Positions 47,441-50,814 of a stretch of DNA of 50,814 bases are shown here, in pieces (the first letter of the stretch is position 1; each line of letters opens with the position of its first letter). A program made the position numbers and the translations under genes. The notes beneath the pieces were generated by a model, which was not told the origin of the DNA, searched no databases, and was given only the letters and a program-made list of their open reading frames with translations. Source of the DNA: Octopus bimaculoides (lineage: Eukaryota); assembly GCF_001194135.2 (NCBI RefSeq), contig NC_068996.1, forward strand, positions 25,536,166 through 25,586,979. The letters run 5' to 3'.

Positions 47441-47640
47441 CTATATATGTATATATTGAAATAATTATTTATCCATCCAGGCCACCTTCCATTTGTAAAG
47501 TACATGTACAGAAGTAAATATATGTAATTTTTACCTTTAACAGCATCTTTAATGACAGCACATCTCAACTAATTGATGACACTAACCTTTCAAGTGTTTA
47601 TGTATGTTTATCTGTGCATACATCTCACACACACACATGC

Positions 47641-47673
<33 letters not shown>

Positions 47674-47914
47674 TGCTTACACAAAGACCCAGATGTATAT
47701 AGATACATAATCACATTCAAGGGCAGTGTACTGCAGTAATTTATCTGTTTTCTCAATCACTAACTGATACTAATAATTCACAGAAGAGAAGCAAAACTCA
47801 CAAAGAAAAACAAAACTCACACTTGCACACATGCTACATGTTAATGTGTCTGTGTCTGCATTTCCATATCTGCTTCTTTTTATCTGTTTGTCTTTGTATG
47901 TATGTTTATATCTT

Positions 47915-48130
47915 TTATCTTTTACTAGTTTCAGTTATTAGACTGCAGCTATGCTGGAGCACCATCTTGGAGAATTTTAGTTGAGATCAACTCCAGTACT
48001 TATTTCAAAGACTGGTACTTATTCTATCGCTTTTTTTTGTTCTTTTTTTTTGCCAAACTGCTAAGTTACAAGATGTAAACACACCAACAATGGTTGTCAA
48101 GTGATAGTAGAAGACAAACACAGACACAAA

Positions 48131-48191
<61 letters not shown>

Positions 48192-48350
48192 TGGGCTCCT
48201 TTCAGTTTCTGTCCAGCAAATCTGCTCACAAGGCTTTTGTTAGCCTAAGTCTGTTGTAGAAAACACATGCCCAAGGTACCAGACAGTAGGACTGAACCTA
48301 GAACCATGTGGTTGGGAAGCAAACTTCTTACCACACAGCCACACCTGTGC
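47915..48350 (-). mobile_element. SINE family 1, full length
   Basis: Tail to head on the minus strand, (CA)n centre. Confidence 0.85.
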
Positions 48351-48704
48351 CTATAATTTTATGATTTAAACAAAAATGAACTAAGAGAAATAATGCCAAG
48401 TGGCTAGTGATATGTATCTGAATATTCTCGATTTTTTAAAAACTACATCTAATGCTAGGGGATGTATCACAAGTACCAAATAGCTATTAAGATCAGCTCC
48501 ATATGAGAAGGGGAGATAATCGCAAGAATCAAGAATTCTCCTAAGATGAGAGGTCATTAAGAAAAAGAACAGGTTTATTGTCTGGAGACAAGTGGACACT
48601 CGTTTCTGGCTCAATAACTGTCATCAGCATGACAGTTGTCCAACCTTATCTCCAGTAGAGAGGGAACTTTGATTTATAGAAAAATATAACAAGTACATAC
48701 TGGC

Positions 48705-48870
48705 ACAGGTGTAACTCTGTGGTAAGAAGCTTCCTTCCCAATCACATGATTCCAAGTTCAGTTTCACTGCATGGCACCTTGGACAAGTGTCTTCAATTAT
48801 AGCCTTGGGTTGACCAAAGCCTTGTGAGTGGATTTGATTGACAGAAATTGAAAGAAGCCCTTCATACATA
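48705..48870 (+). mobile_element. SINE family 1, 5' half
   Basis: ggcaccttggacaagtgtcttcaattatagcc. Confidence 0.75.
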
Positions 48871-48925
48871 TACATGTAGATGCAAAACTACTGGTCACTC
48901 TATGACTGGACATAAACTTAATTAC

Positions 48926-48965
<40 letters not shown>

Positions 48966-48968
<3 letters not shown>

Positions 48969-50240
48969 TAGCTGAATAGCCTGTTGTTGCCAGGCAATTT
49001 TTACAAAAGAATGTCTTATATAAACTTTTGTTTATTCCATGTCAGATCATGTTTTCCCCCCACAGATAAGCTTCTTGCTCAGGATAGATTTGCAATTCTT
49101 TGCAAAAAAAACTTCGTTGAGGATTCTTTTCCCTTTTTAAATTATTTGCATGTCTGTTCAACTGTTTCACATAATTTATTCATTAAAACTTATTAAAACT
49201 TCAGAAGTTCTTACTACTTTGGTCATTGTAATGCTTTGCTTTTGTTTGTTTAATAAAAATTCCTCCTTGTAATGAATTTGCTTTCATTTTGTGATAGCTA
49301 TCGCAGAAAATGCCAGCTTCCAAATCCTGTTTTTTGATTAGGTAAAATTGATTAAACTTTAAACCTCAGTAACATTTCTTTGCAATTTTCTGGAAGAAAT
49401 GATGAACAAAATTGGATTTAACATGGAAAATTATTTCAGTATATCAAATTTGAAAATTTTGACGTAATTTTAAAATTTCACAATATCTGACAGCAACAGG
49501 GAAGAGCCTACAACAGTAGAGAGACAGACAGTTATAGAACATCACACACACACACATGCGCACACGCACACACACACACGCACACAGAGGTAATCATGAG
49601 TTTAAAATTGTGTATAGTATGTATGTATTTATGTATGTATGTATGCATGTACGTATGTATATGTATATGTATATGTGTATGTATCTGTGTGTGAGTGTTT
49701 CATTGTGATGCACACCAAAAAAGTCACCTGTAGATAACTGTTGTCAACTTACCCCCTCTATCCTTAAAACTTCGTATTCCTCACACCCACCTTTCTTTCC
49801 CTTCCTTGGCATTTTAAAAGTTACTTATGTGCATGTGTATACGTGTGTGTGTGTGTGTATGCATGCATCTATGTATTTACGAAAGTATGTATGCAGTGTT
49901 GCGTGTATATCCCTGAATGACATCTGCATTAATGTTATCATCCCACTGCCACTCCATACTCGTCACTTACACAATGCTGTTTTCCCCTGCCCTGATATCA
50001 GCCACACTTATTATGCCACCACATTTCTCTCACACTAACATTCTTGCACCCTTCTCATTTTATCAAAATAATAGCCCAACCGCATTATAGGATTTTATTG
50101 AAATTCAGTTAGCCTATAGTTGAACTGGAAGTTAGTTTAACATGTATGCAAAGTTTCAAGATTGGTTCACCGATGTAGGCAGCAAGATAGTAACAGACAG
50201 ATTGACAGACACAAATTGACATTTATGTATAAAATATATG
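48966..50240 (+). mobile_element. Possible non-autonomous Helitron-like element
   Basis: Start GCTAGCTGAATAGCCTGTTGTTGCC and end ...catgtatgcaaagtttcaag...(acag)n...ttatgtataaaatat resemble ends of invertebrate non-autonomous rolling-circle elements (recalled pattern only). Confidence 0.35.
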
Positions 50241-50480
50241 GTTATGTGTTTGTGTATGTATTTGTGTCTGCGTTTGTGCCCCCCACCATCATTACTTGAC
50301 GGCTTGTGTTGGTATGTTTACATTCTCGTAACTTAGCAGTTTGGCAAAGGAACCGATAGAATAAGTACAAGGGACTTCAAAAATAAGTCCTGGGTCAAAT
50401 TGTTTGACAAAATTACTTCAAGGTGGTGCTCCAGTATGGCCACAGTCAAATGACTGAAACAAATAAAAGAATAAAAGAAT
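50240..50480 (+). mobile_element. SINE family 1, 3' half
   Basis: gtaacttagcagtttggcaaagg...ggtggtgctccagtatggccacagtcaaatgactgaaac, AAAAGAAT tail. Confidence 0.85.
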
Positions 50481-50814
50481 ACGCACATATACATATTTAG
50501 TTTATTATTGTAATCAAACACACACACACAAAATATATACACAATATCATACCAACACATACACACACATACATACACACATTTACATACAAACATATAC
50601 ATACATACATACATATAGACGTTAGCAGTGAGGAAAGCTGACAGCACATGTGCATCTGTTTGCATATAAATGTGTTTCGATGCGTTATCATGTATGTTAT
50701 TGTTTGATGTTCACGGCTTCTGGCTGCTTTTTGTTGTTTCCCAGATGGTAAACTTACAATCAAACATGTTTTCAAGATGTTATAAAAATAGTAGCCAAAT
50801 CTTCATCAAACCAC

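Noticed and set aside
48381-48614. Minus ORF containing YGADLN, reminiscent of an ankyrin repeat
   Set aside because: The rest of the ankyrin consensus is absent and there are no supporting splice sites.

Overview
Eukaryotic, AT-rich draft-assembly sequence with many N gaps, dominated by repeats. The SINE/RTE families and the (CA)/(TA)/(TATG)/(GAT) microsatellite load suggest an octopus or other coleoid cephalopod (inference, no database check). Almost all ORFs in the track are artefacts of microsatellites or gaps. Supported content: several tRNA-derived SINE families, two RTE-clade LINE families as decayed fragments, a Penelope-like element (RT thumb + GIY-YIG) with inverted arms and hammerhead motifs, a DD37D (maT) mariner remnant, a 2.7 kb hAT-superfamily element with long TIRs, a spliced hAT transposase remnant and several MITEs. 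There is one good host coding-exon candidate, a signal-peptide start exon on the minus strand at 3049-3091. The most interesting signal is a set of minimal type I hammerhead ribozyme motifs from at least three unrelated repeat families. One sits in a 351-nt, hairpin-rich, ORF-less unit with 25-nt terminal direct repeats (22816-23191) that looks like a retrozyme or circular-RNA-derived insertion. Most SINE and fragment boundaries are approximate (within tens of bp).
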